Origin: Balanoglossus misakiensis
Lineage: Eukaryota > Animalia > Hemichordata
NCBI GenBank assembly: GCA_040954595.2
Contig: CM082576.2
Span: 8,187,129 to 8,251,128, forward strand
Direction of reading: 5' to 3'
DNA length: 64,000 nt
Positions 24,857 to 43,177 of this stretch are shown here, piece by piece (position 1 is the first letter of the stretch; the number at the start of each line of letters is the position of its first letter). The notes beneath the pieces were generated by a model, which made no database searches, was not told the DNA's origin, and worked only from the letters and a program-made list of their open reading frames with translations. A program made the position numbers and the translations under genes.

Positions 24857-26603
24857 ATGGCAATGGAGCAAACTGTCTCCTTGCCGTCTTCCTCGCCCTT
24901 TTCAGGTCGAAATTTCGTTCGCAGCCCCACGTATAGCGACCACTCCAAGCATTTCGGTAACCCTGACGAGTGGCTGAAATGTCTCGAAGAAGACATTGGT
25001 GCTGAGATGACGGTGAAATCGACAGCAACGGATAACAAACAAGAAACGGACAACACACCGACTGATGATCCCCATCCCAAGGAAGCGATTTTTCAGCTCT
25101 CAGTATGTACACAACTATCTACAGTTGAGATCGAGTTCGTCTCTGTTACTTTGATATTAGACCATAAATAGTCGAGAAAGTGATTAGGCCTAACTCGTGT
25201 AGCCTACGTGTACATAGATCCACGTACCAATTCGTACCAATAAAGGTGGGCCGACAGTTTAAAACGGTACAGGGCTGAGTCCATCACTGATACAAAATTT
25301 GTCAATGGCGTAACAGGCCAATCGTACCAGCAGTGCATAACAACACAGGCGACTTTTAAAACAAAACTGTCAAAATATTTCACTTTGCCCTTAAACTTCT
25401 TTTCTGATTGAAAACTTTTTTTCGCAGAATTTTCACAAGACTCACCCGCCAAAGTACCAAGAAATCGGAAACGGGTCGACGAGAAACGAACTGCGCACAG
25501 CGCCCTCGCCCGTCGTCAACCGTGCCACCCGGTTCAAACGCGACACTGCCATCGCCAATGGCCATTCGTACGCTGCCAAGCGGAAGAAAGTAGATAAACC
25601 CAACAAAACAGACAAGGAACTTCTGAAATTACAGTTCCAGAAGACTGAGAAGAAGCAAAACCATGAGCGTGGTCCACCAGATGACGACGTGGACTCAAGA
25701 ACCGCGACAAAATTTGCTCTCCTCGAATCGTTCGAAGTTGCGAAAATTCTCTGCAGTTTGCCAGAACTTATTGCTGAGAGAGAGGGGCTTCAGCTATCTA
25801 CCAATAACAACAACAGAAATAACTCGGTACTTACGCAAGAAACAGAGGTAAAATGCAAGAAGTAAAAGGTTTGCCATATAGCTTTCTGAATCGATTTTGA
25901 TGACATTTGTGTACTTGGTCGGGACAAATTTCCTGGTTTCTCATTCATAGTTTTGCCAAGCCCGATATTTGGCTCCCTGACGTCGAAATTTGTTGACTTT
26001 ATACGCTATTTAGCCATTCGAAACGTTTTACTGCAAATTAATGAATAAACGTAAAGATACTTGCCGTTGAAATTGAGCAATACTCAGTATAAATGAATAA
26101 TATCATGCATGAGATTTTTTTTGGAACTTGGACCGCACACTGTGTATTATTATGGGGGCACCAAGGGGATTATGTCAACTTGAATGTGGACAAATTTCAC
26201 TTCATAAACCTACACTCTCCTCCTGCCCAACTTCATTTTGTTCTTTTTGAAATGACCATGTGCGGTGTCTTCACACTCACAGGCTCGAGCTCCAACAAAT
26301 GTGACCCGATGCTCCCCGAACTCAGCAGCTTTCTCAAACTACCGACGGGGCGAAATTCCCAAACTGGACGACATTGTATTCAACCGCGTGGTGGACATGA
26401 TACGTTACTACGAGGGAGACTACGACGAGCCGAACGACCCGGAAGATTACCCGGACTGGGTGGACGCCGTCAGACACTCGCTCCACGGAGTGGACATCGA
26501 CAATACGACGTGGGTCACCTACAACCAGGAGCGCGGACTAGCACTGCAGCACGGCAGGAGGGGAAAGAGAAAAATAAAACGGAAGATGATTTTTGACATT
26601 TGA
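24857..26603 (+). CDS. Uncharacterised protein, 3 exons, ~328 aa, probably nuclear
   Basis: Exons 24857-25102, 25428-25847, 26283-26603, all phase 0 with GT-AG boundaries. The 420-nt middle exon is open throughout in the required frame. The exons are GC-richer than the flanks. Basic clusters KRKKV and RRGKRKIKRK. No recognisable domain. Confidence 0.75.
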
Positions 26604-27232
26604 ATATCATTCAAGAATGCAATGATACCGTTTCAAGTGCGATCGGTACAGTTGAAAGTACTGTATGTCATTTCTCTCTCGGGGTTTTCAGTTTCTTGCA
26701 AGTGTCACAAAGTCTTATAAAATGTGGGGGGGGGGGGGCATTTTTACCAATAAGTTTGTTTCTCAAACGTGATTGGATCGATGGCCAGTATTTATCTTAT
26801 CGACACAGAATATTATTTGTTGAAAACTGAATACAACTTATGTCTTGACAAGAATTCTTTTGTAAAGAATATCAACGTTTGTTACACACGTAAAGGAGTA
26901 AATGTCAAACTATGTTTCATATGTGACAAAGAGAAAACACTTACTCTTTGTGTTGATGCATAGTACAATCATGAAGGCCGAAAAAGATCCATTTGGACAC
27001 ATCTTTTTATACTGTATTTTTGTATGTGAAATCTCTACATAGTAATCATATGCGCATGTAATAAAACATAACAAGTCCTCAATTTGTGATCATGTCAGTT
27101 GTTTGAGCACGAAATCGGGGAAAGTGTCGTACAGTAGATGTTCACTTGTTTTTTGACATCGGAGATAAGAAATGTCGAACAAGCAACTTTAATAGTTTCA
27201 CATCCGGTTCTAATGTACAAGCGTACACAACA

Positions 27233-30200
27233 ATGGCCAAGTTGACAACTCGGCAAATTTTGCTGGCGGTAGGCATGCTAGTGACTGGTAGCATCAACAC
27301 ACTGAGCAAGAAAGCCCAGAATGACTGTGTGTAAGTATATATCTTAATATCCCAAGTAACCGATCACCAGTGAAGAGGGTTCTGCGAACAAGTTCGGACC
27401 GAGTTTCAATGAATGATTGATGGCAACACAAGTCACCTGAAAGTCACGTGGTGTCTGCTGGATGTACGTACATGTATCGGCATGTAACCCGGCACAGCCC
27501 GACGACTTAAATACTATCAATACACTTTGAATATTAATCACAGAAGAGAAATATCGTACTTTACAGTATAGTGGAGTGGTCTTCCTATCGCCCACCGCCC
27601 TCTATCCAATCCAGATCTTGGGCTTGTGACCTGACTGAGGACACCAATCACTACACTCTTGTACAGCTATACTACCTATAGTGCAAGACTTCACTGCCTG
27701 GCCAGCAAAATCTGTCAGATTGAAACATTACTGTAATTATACCCCAAAAGAGCTTGCAAGTTTAAAAACTGTCAAAATACAGTACTAGAGCAATGAAAAT
27801 GTGACCTCCCATTTTAGACCTTGAATGTGATTACGTGAGCTATGCATTTTTTACTGACCTTCAACTGTGTACAGTGAGGAAGGATATTGCCATGGAGTTA
27901 TTAATACACTGGCCCTATACAGCCATCAGTTTGCCATGATTAAAACACAGCATGCATTAAATGAGACATTCAATAATATCGTTAAATTTGCAAAAACAAG
28001 ATGATCAGTGCACCTGTGCATCATCCTATTTTTGACTCCTTGCAGAGTTAAAGGTATTGCTCTTCCCACCGGTCCCAATGGAACCATGGAAGCAGTTCCG
28101 CATCAGTTTGACCATCCTTGGTTTCAAACTGTCATTATGTTTACTGGTAAGTTACGAACAAATCAGTATAATGTAGTTTTACATTCTCAGATGTACACTC
28201 CCTCTTTCAGAGTTCTGTTAGTTGTCTGTTGACGGAAGTTCTGTGCCAATGATGTGAATGCAGTTGTTCAACATGTGTCTGTGTGCTCTAACATGTTTGT
28301 GTAAAAGTTTCATGAAAGGTTTCCTTTCATTCTGTACACCAGGTGAAACACTTTGTCTGATTGGACTTCTTATACATAGAAGAAGAGAGAGGAAAAAATA
28401 TCAGAAACTGGTAGGATATGTCAGACTTTCTAGAAACATTACTCTATATGCTGACTGTCTTCTAGCTAACTCTTGGCAATACTGTTATGTTTCAATTTGA
28501 AAATCCAGCGTAATTTTAACTTTTTATATGTGTGAGAGTCCAGGTGCATGTATTGATGAAACCTGACAAACGTCAAACCATCCAGTCTGCTTTGGTTCGT
28601 GTGAAAGCTTTCAGTGTCCAGAACATTGTCAAATCACCAGTCATTTTGCAAAAGGGCTAATGGCACTGGCGCTATTGAATATTCTGTCCAATCAGATACT
28701 TGGAAACATCCAGGATAATGAGGACTACTCACAGCCAATCACAGTGGAAGCTCCAAACCAACCGAGGTAAGTGCTGGTGTCATTGGTTCCCGTACTCTCA
28801 ATCCAAGTACATGTACAAGCACGCATGGTCTCAACACAGTTTCATCATGTGACTGTTTGGTCTTCTTTCCCTGTTTTTATCACAGTCTCTATGCTATTGC
28901 CATTTATTCATTTGCAGTTTATGAACATTTTGTTTGTCTTTTTTCAATTAGGATATTTCAATTTATATTTCTTATACCAACCGTGTGTGATCTATTTGGC
29001 ACTACATTGGCAGGTAAGTTTTTTCTTTGAAAGACTCTAAACAAATGCCCATGAAAATATCATCTTGTAAAATACTGCCCAAGTCACTCAAATTAGTGGA
29101 GACATTGTATTGATAGCAAATAATAAGGGATAGATTATTCAAATTGATATGCTGTCTTGTGACATGTTTTTTATCTGGAACACAATTATTATGACAGTAT
29201 TGTTGGACCTGTTTTGATGTCATAGTATCATGCTACCATTATCTGATATCGACGTCATTTTTTTAATCCACAGGTATTGGACTTGTCTATGTTAGTGCAT
29301 CAGTGTGGCAGATGTTGAGAGGTTCTATCATTATATTTGCAGGAATATTATCAGTAAGTGGACAGTTAACGTGGCAGGTTTTCAACTGATATCAGAATCA
29401 AGACCTATAAGCCTACTTTAATGCTCCGTCCAATTTGAGCTTTTCTATTGAATTCTAAGCATGGCTACCAGGCTCTTGTGTTGTTCATTCAAAAGAAAAT
29501 GGGGAACCTTTGAGAATATGATTGCAGCTTCATTTGTAATACATACAACTATCTTCCATCCTGTGTTATTTACTTTTCTTTCAGAAAATATTTTTGAAGA
29601 GAGTGCTTAGACTAGTTCATTGGAGTGGAATCATCATCACTATGGTAAGTTCAAAAAATATTTCTATTGCATGCATATTTAACCTTGGTGGCAAAGCTCA
29701 AACTACGGATTGGACATAAAGAATTGTTATTTTTTTCACCCAAATGTCAATGTGTCTCTAATCTACTTGTATTCTTTTTACAGTTGGGCTTAGTGCTTGT
29801 TGGTTTGTCTGATGTCTTTGAGAATGAAGACAGCAAAGAAGGTTCCAAACAAGTTATAGGTAAGTCAGTGCCGAAAGAGAACTATCCCTCCTGGAAGAAA
29901 AGTACGAGTTGGTTTGGTATGCATGTAACTCATTCATACACTAAATCTGATGTATTTGTTTCATGCAGGTATTTCACTCATATTGGCTGGTCAGTTCGTG
30001 AGCGCAACTCAGATGATCATTGAAGAAATATTTTTAAAAAAGCGAGGTTACCATCCCTTACAGGTAAGGATAATGCAAATAAATAAAATACCAATCCAGT
30101 AACTTTCTTTTTACAGAATACATACTCGCTTGCAATTCATGCCCAAAAGTAGTTAGTTTCAAAAGCCAATCTCATTCTAAAGATGATAGGTTTGAAGTCT

Positions 30201-31522
30201 GAAGAGCGAAATGTTCCATCTCAATATGTGAGATTGTGACTGCCCATAGCTAAAAACATTTTTTTTCCCATAGATGTTGTTTATCTGTACTGTGCTGTGA
30301 TGTGCTTTATTGTGTGTGTCATTGCAACTGGCCATGTAAATGTGATGTTTGACCTAGGAATTTGGAATATTGATGTGTATGATTGCAATAAGTTTATTGA
30401 TACACGGATATTTGCATTTTGCAGGTTGTTGGCATGGAAGGTATTTTTGGCATGACTCTCATGATGGCGGTAAGTTGGAACTCCCCATTGTGTGTGTGAT
30501 TTATTCATCATCATTGTGTTTTGTGTAGTCTGTGCAGCCCTTGTTATTCACATAGATGAAATATTTTATTTCTATTTATTTTGTAATTTTCAGGTGATTT
30601 TACCAGTTCTGTATTACATCCCGGATCATTCGGCATATTCCGGGCGATACGAGGATAGTTTGGACGCACTGACGCAGATCTACAATAGTACTAAATTGCT
30701 GTTATTTACATTACTCTACCTGTCCTCCATCGCATTCTACAATTACTTTGGTCTGGCCGTCACCAAATCTCTCACAGGTCGGTATTATTTTATCTGACTG
30801 TTGTCTGATGTTCTTTTGGACATGCGATCATCCAGTTCTCTCAGTGTTTTGACATGAAGCCCATCACTCAGTATTTAGATCCTGTCAAACTATACCAATA
30901 TATCTGTCTGGCGTCTGTGTCTTTGAAACTCATGACGCCCCCGTAGTGAAATATTTGTCTCTGCTTATTGTCATGTGTTCAGAAACTCTGAGGGTATTTG
31001 GCTGTTGACAAACTTAAGCACATCTTTGTAAAAGTCTGATGTGTTGGCTTGTTTTCTTGCAGCTGTGCATCGAACTCTGATCGACGCGTGCCGGACGATG
31101 TTGGTGTGGTTGGTTTCTCTCCTCATCTATTATGCCTTCAGTAAAGACTTTGGCGAGGCTTTCGATAAGACGTGGGGAATCATTCAAAGTAAGTGATTTT
31201 CAGTCTGAATACAGGCATTTGTATAGATTTGAGTTTCTGTTACATTACAAGATACAAAAAAGGAAAACTGTCTTCTAAACAGATTTACCCCTTTTCATGT
31301 CTTCCAGTTGACGGCTTCATGTTCCTTGTGATCGGCACTGCCCTGTACAATGAACTGTTTGATTTGGAATGGATACCATGCTGCCGCAAACCTTGCGAAG
31401 AAGAACAGAACACAACCAGGGACAGGAGAGATCCCGACAAGGATCTGGATGCTAATACTGATGAAGATGCCGATGAAGTAGACAATCTTCTGAACAAGCC
31501 CAGAAGAAATAAAGTTGCTTGA
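27233..31522 (+). CDS. SLC35F6: Solute carrier family 35 member F6-like transporter, 13 exons, ~426 aa
   Basis: Exons 27233-27330, 28046-28146, 28343-28410, 28696-28766, 28952-29013, 29274-29353, 29585-29644, 29784-29859, 29969-30063, 30425-30469, 30594-30777, 31063-31188, 31308-31522 (1281 nt). Motifs: MLVTGSINTLS, FDHPWFQ, ASVWQMLRGS, QVVGMEG, SIAFYNYFGLAVTK, HRTLIDACRT. C-terminal EVDNLL dileucine signal. Confidence 0.92.
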
Positions 31523-33854
31523 ATTATTTACCCAAGGTGCTTATTTTAGAAATTGAATGTGGATTGTTTTTAAACAAAATCTGTGAATGTAGGATGTACA
31601 TGTACTGGTACAGTAACCTAGCGCAGATGACAGGATTACAGTAAACTCTAGCCGTGCCCCAGCAGTGGTGCTGTGCAAATGAGATTACCTGCAAAATAGT
31701 TTCATCTCGTGAAATGTGTACACATTGTCACTCACGTGAGACAGGTTTGCACTGTATTGTGTATATGTTGTTGGAGTCAGTCAGGGTGGGTCAAAGTTCA
31801 TGTTAGGACTGGTACTAGGAAAAATAAGGCCATTTGTTCAATACAGTATATATCATCTGTGTAGGGGTAAACGTGGACCTTGATTATCCTGGCAACACTG
31901 GTATGAGGAGCACCATTCTTTATCGGGGAAAGATATGCATGCTAGTGAACTTCCCGGTTGGAAATGCTGACCTTGCAGTGACAAATGACCACACAACAAA
32001 TACAAAACACTGAATGAATTTCATGTGTTTGGTTTAATAAATTAAGGAGAATGCAGTGTGGCAAAATCATAAATCTTACAGATTTTTTTAAACACACTCT
32101 GAATAAAGAAAAAAACAACACTTTATATTTGCTTATTGTAGTAGCACTGACTCTCATGGTACACTGAATGTACGGTAAACTTTGACGATTCATTTGTCTT
32201 TTCTTTCTACCGTGTAAAATCCAACTAAAATACATTGGAAGGGCAAAACAAAGACTTGTGCCCTCGTTACAAGAAAAGAAGACAACCTTTGCATAATACT
32301 CACTGCCTTGCAGATAAGTTTGATCAGAGAACTGAGCGGTCAAACCATCTAAAATTGATCGATATTTACTGGTATGCTGGATGCCACATTCTGCATATTA
32401 TTCATAACAAGAAAATGTTGGACAATGAAACTGAAGAGTCCAATTTCTGTGCTGTTTTCAGCATGACTCCATGCAAGCATAAATAAAGCAAAGAACAAAC
32501 AATTTAAAATGTCAAACTTTTCACACTGACACTTGGTGTTATTGTGAGTTTTGAGTGATGCTCAATACAGTGAGTAAATTGAAACTACATTGTAGGAATT
32601 CCAAAGGACCATAGCACAAAGCGATGATTATAAACGAACGATCATGCATATTTCTATGAATTCATGTGCATTTGTTTGTATTGCTTATTGCACTATTTCT
32701 TGAGTGCCTAAAACTCTGCACTGTGGAGGTTAGCACACGCATACATGATTCTGGAGACTGCTGGTGTGGGCCTATTGCTGTTTGGAAATGCAATAAAATG
32801 AATCTGCAGGGAGCACGATAAAATATGGCTGCTATATTGCAGAAACTGTACTTGTAGTGTACAAACATCTGAACAGGATCTAGGGCAGTTTACCCCCTCT
32901 TCCAAACTTTGGTTTGGATGGAGGGGTTTGAGGTTAAACACAACTACTTTTTAATTAACCATCCACTGTCCTTAACAGAGATGCTATGAAGCAAAATGCC
33001 AAGAAATGTGAAAAAAATTACCCTGTCCAAATTTTTCAGCCAAACACAAATAACGAGGGAAATCCCCATGGACCTTAATAACCCAATTACTGAGGAATTT
33101 CCAGTATCACCCCAAAATTTCTCAATATATATAGACATGTATGTTAAACACTCCGATAAATAATTCACATGCATAATTCAATAAATTATTTCATTTTCCC
33201 CAAACAAAAACTTTACTCCCTGAAGCTTGCACATATCTCTGCGTTTTCCTAAAATAACAAGTCATTAGAGATGACACAGTCCCAGCACGCTTATTGTCAG
33301 CTGGGACTACTAAAACACTGTCCCAGGCCCCTGCACTGGTTTCAATGACATTCTGATTAAGGGTTTGAACATTCACACTTTGAAAGGAATTGTCTAGTAA
33401 ATTGTTTTTCTAATTTCAAACAAGTCCCATACTTTCAATGAGCTGGTTCAAAGATTGTTCATAAATAATACCGGTATTTACATTTTATAACTTGACATAT
33501 CTCTCTGCATCTTTTTGCAAAGTCTTCAAACACAACCAATCCACTTCAATAAATTAATAATTAATGTGTTTAGAGACCTGATGTCATATTTGCATACTGC
33601 TTGTCAATATTCATTTGACTTTTGCCAGAGTCTGACTTTTGGAGTGAAAATCATTTTGAGCAAGTAGTTTTGACATCAGGATCATAGTATATAAATTCAC
33701 ATGATTAACAAGTCATGAGAGGAGTAGCCAAAGCTACATGTAGTCAGATATTCACGTAAGAGTCACACATTGAATTTGGAAGTGTGCATTGTTTCAAGAA
33801 GCAACCAGGGCTTCATCACAGAGACACAGTTGCTGCATGTCTGGTGGACTTCTG

Positions 33855-35543
33855 CTAAAACCTGTGCTGTCCCCGAGAGATGTGCGAGGCAAATTCGTAC
33901 TTGTCGATGCACTCGTACGCACAAATGTTGCACTGGAAAGGCGACTTGAGACCGTGGCAACCCATGTGAATGGTGTACATGACGTTATCCGGAAAGATCA
34001 CGTGGCAGTGGGCGCACCTCCAAACGTCGTCTTGAGTCGCGTTGTCGCGAACCGTCGTCCCCTTCCACTGGCAGCTGGACGAAATACTGAGAGGTTTGTG
34101 CGCCTGGCCCGACTTGGCCATCAGCACCGCTTTTGCATTGTTTGTCACCAGGGTTCGCAGCAAGCTGCTGCACGCGTTGCCTTCTCTGCCGGATATCGGT
34201 AGCATGCTGTTCCACGTGTCTCGTTTTTCCTGTTCGATCGCCGACACGCTGGGGCTCGTTGCGGGCGACGGGTTCTGGCTCCGACTCGTTTCTGTTCTGT
34301 CTTCGGGGGAGGACAGGCTACTGCGGGCCGAACCATTCCCACTGTCTCTGGGAGACACGGCCAGGTGGTTGACGATATGTCCGTTGCTTTCTGAAATGGT
34401 GCCGTGCAGTGGTGGGGAGGGCGATTCCCTCGACTGGGGCGACATGCCATCGTAAGACACATGCTGCAGGGACATAACACTAGAAATGACCGGCGGCGAC
34501 GTTATAGACATAGTGTTAGCTTTGCAAACACTCTCTCCATCCCCCTCCATTCCTCTGCCTGAATCGGTCGACTGCGGCAGCTCTTGACCAGTCATCCCGA
34601 CAACATCTGTGATTACGTCTCTGACTGTCGTGTAACCCGCACTCTCTATATCGCCCCCCTGGGGGTGCTGCTGCTGCTGCTGCTTCTCGGGGCTCTCCAG
34701 GCTCGCAGTCGACACGGCATCGCACCTGAGCCTGTGCTTCTCGCACTGCAGGTGCATGTCGTACAGCGAGGAGCTGGAGGTGGTGAAGCGACAGGGTTCG
34801 CAGGTGTACACGGTGCCCCCGTTGGGTTGGCTCAGGCCGCCGCCGCTGGCGTGCCTGCTGCGGATGTGCGAGGCCAGCGCGCCAGTACTGTAGAAGCCCT
34901 CGCCGCAGTGCAGGCAGTTGTGCAGGTTGCGGTGGCTTTTCATGTGGTTGGTCAGACTCTGCTGCGTGGAGAAGACCACGTTGCATATGGTGCACTTGGA
35001 CTGCTTGGACTTGCCGGCCAGATGCTTGATGCGTATGTGGGCCTGCAGGTGGTCCTTGCGGTACGTGGAGTGCGTGCAGAAGGCGCACTTGAAGGGTTTG
35101 ATGCCGCTGTGCAGGATCGAGTGCCTCTTCAGGGTCTGTTTCTTTGAGAACGACCGGCTGCAAATGTGACATTTGAAACTTTTCATGATGTGCTGAGAGT
35201 GCGCAAAGTGTCCGATGGCGTGTTCTTCTAAGTGTTTAGAATACATGTGTTCATCGTGGAAAGTTACGTCGCATATGTAGCACTTGGGTGGGTCCCTTAG
35301 GGAGGTTTCGTTGTTTGCCATTCCACTGGGGCTTTGAGGCTCTTCTTTGATTTCTATGTCTATTTGTCTATTGTCACTTGTTAGGGCTGCTCCCTCACTT
35401 CCAGGCCCTTCTCCATCATGATATATTTCACTCCGGTCTCTTTCCATGTCTTCTCCATCACTGCCAGATCCATCCTGCAATCCATGGTCAGTATTGTCTC
35501 TTCTCTTGGATGACAGAGGCAGTTCGTCTACCTCACTGGCCAT
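33855..35543 (-). CDS. Ikaros-family (Pegasus/IKZF5-like C-terminus) C2H2 zinc-finger protein, 562 aa, single coding exon
   Basis: The C-terminal finger pair [42 protein letters not shown] is the Ikaros/Pegasus/Hunchback dimerisation module. Six further C2H2-type fingers lie in the N-terminal half. A splice acceptor at about 35585 implies an upstream non-coding exon. Confidence 0.92.
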   Translation of the reverse strand: MASEVDELPLSSKRRDNTDHGLQDGSGSDGEDMERDRSEIYHDGEGPGSEGAALTSDNRQIDIEIKEEPQSPSGMANNETSLRDPPKCYICDVTFHDEHMYSKHLEEHAIGHFAHSQHIMKSFKCHICSRSFSKKQTLKRHSILHSGIKPFKCAFCTHSTYRKDHLQAHIRIKHLAGKSKQSKCTICNVVFSTQQSLTNHMKSHRNLHNCLHCGEGFYSTGALASHIRSRHASGGGLSQPNGGTVYTCEPCRFTTSSSSLYDMHLQCEKHRLRCDAVSTASLESPEKQQQQQHPQGGDIESAGYTTVRDVITDVVGMTGQELPQSTDSGRGMEGDGESVCKANTMSITSPPVISSVMSLQHVSYDGMSPQSRESPSPPLHGTISESNGHIVNHLAVSPRDSGNGSARSSLSSPEDRTETSRSQNPSPATSPSVSAIEQEKRDTWNSMLPISGREGNACSSLLRTLVTNNAKAVLMAKSGQAHKPLSISSSCQWKGTTVRDNATQDDVWRCAHCHVIFPDNVMYTIHMGCHGLKSPFQCNICAYECIDKYEFASHISRGQHRF

Positions 35544-35891
35544 TACTCGTCCAAGGGGATTTCACACAAAATTGTACACAAAACCTGAAATAAATGAGAC
35601 CAAGTCTGTTAAATTCCCAGTGAAAAATGAATTGAGCTTAATTCACGACACCGTGTTGTTTATCATGACAGTGGTTGTTGTTTCTTTAATTTTTATTTCT
35701 TTGTTTGTTTCCCCGAAAAGAAGTCCTACTTCGCCCGTGGCTTTGTTTGAAGAGGACAAATTACTGAAAAAAATTGTCCAGTGTTTTACAGTCGATGTAG
35801 GTCCGGTTGTAGTATACTCAGCTTTACTCTGCCCATAAATAAACTTCCGTACTGTCACAAAATGATATGCAGGGGAAATGTGGGTTATTGG

Positions 35892-35919
35892 GTTTAATCA
35901 TGGACGTCCATGGTTTAAT
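35892..35919. mobile_element. Putative P-superfamily excision footprint (perfect 14-bp palindrome, 7-bp TSD)
   Basis: GTTTAAT-[CATGGACGTCCATG]-GTTTAAT. The right end ACGTCCATG is shared with the insert at 23068-23089. Confidence 0.7.
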
Positions 35920-37621
35920 AATATCTGGTTATATGTTTTTATTACAGTGATAATATATTGCAGACCGAATCTTGGAAATGTATCGAACAACACCGCCTAC
36001 CGCCGGTTGGTGGGTGGCAAGAAAATAATGAAAAAATGCTACACTGATCTACTCAAAAAGTACGAGTTAAATGTAGAAATTTGTACTACGGATGGTTCGT
36101 GAACTGGAGTGTAATCACCCAAGCCAGCCCCTGCGCACTTGGGGTCTCGGGTGAAAACAAAACGCACTTGCCTCGCAGGCGAAAGAGGCAAGTAGGGTGG
36201 CGCATAAATGTAAGAACATTTCACTAACTATTCCTGGCTGGAAAATCTTGACTCCGATAGATAACCCCAAAAATCGACCCCTGACCGATTTAAAAACACG
36301 TACACGTATTATTATGCCCATCGCTTACCCCTCAACCTTCGGGGTTTGTGACTTGTGTCCTCCAACTGGGTCACAGGCACAAATGTAAACAAACACATTC
36401 CAAATTACCCCGCTGAAAAATAACAGTATACTTACTAGCAAATTATTTTCACTTCTTAGGTCTCCCACAATATACATATATGTACGAATTGTTGGTGATA
36501 TTTTATGCTTTTTACAGTCGGGCCCCTATCCAGCTTCTCACAAATCACAAAGCTGTTACCGGAAAGCGCCTAGATTGTGGTGCATTCTGGGATGTGGGCT
36601 CAACGGGTATTCTCGGAATTTCAACCTGATTCCACGAAGTCCGTAGGGGTGTTACTCCTATAATGTACCAATCGACCAGCGCTGTGAGTGTGAGAGATGG
36701 ATGGTCTGAATGCTGCCTCGGCCCCCATCTTTCCGTCTATCCGCGATCTTTGGTGTAGGCCTAGGTCGATTATGACAAGTTTCGTTGAGAATATAGGCCT
36801 ACCTAATTAGAACAAACAAACAAACAAACAATTTTTGAACTGAAATACCAGTATTTCCATCATTTAATTTGTGGTCGAAACCCAGATTGCACTGACGAAG
36901 AGGGAATTCGAAACATCCTAAGAATATTGCGGAAGACATGCCTTGTTTACTAGGAATGGCGTGGGAACTCAACTTTGAACTAAAAGTGCATGCGACAGAG
37001 GTTACGAAAACCATCATCTTGGCAAGAAACCTGGATTGGATTTCATGATCTGTTGACGATGTATACATCAAATATTTTTTTTACTTGTCATGAGAGAGAG
37101 AGAGAGAATCCCATTGCCCCCAGCCCTTCCACGCCCCACGTTGAATGGCGCCCTCAAACATGTTTCTTACATCATCGTTTCTGGCAAAAAAAAAGCATTC
37201 CTCTTATGTAGATTCTCAGGTGAAACACACGAAAACAAGACTACAATGCTCATGAAATGCGTGCCGCATCAGAACACAATTTTATTCACCCATATTGATG
37301 TGTTTAACATATTTTTTACACAAACGCCCGCATGGTACAAACAATTACACGAGATAAAAGCAAAAATTCCCCGAACAAACAAGAACATAATGGAGGGGAG
37401 GTATTCACGTAGCATAAATGGTACGACGCCTAATGCCATAACTCTAGCAAAGGTAATGATGCACAGGCATAGTGCCATGGAAAATTACGTCCACTTGGTA
37501 CAAAATAAAAAAGGGAAAAATAAGAGAAAAATTAAATGCAAAAAAGAGAAAACGTTGCATGAAAAGGGGGTTAGACTACTCGGGCACTTCATAAGCAGGA
37601 GAGGTGTCGACTCGATGCCGG

Positions 37622-43177
<5,556 letters not shown>

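Noticed and set aside
33763-35593. Numerous overlapping ORFs (up to 218 aa) on both strands
   Set aside because: They are shadows of the GC3-rich 562-aa zinc-finger CDS and have no independent motifs.
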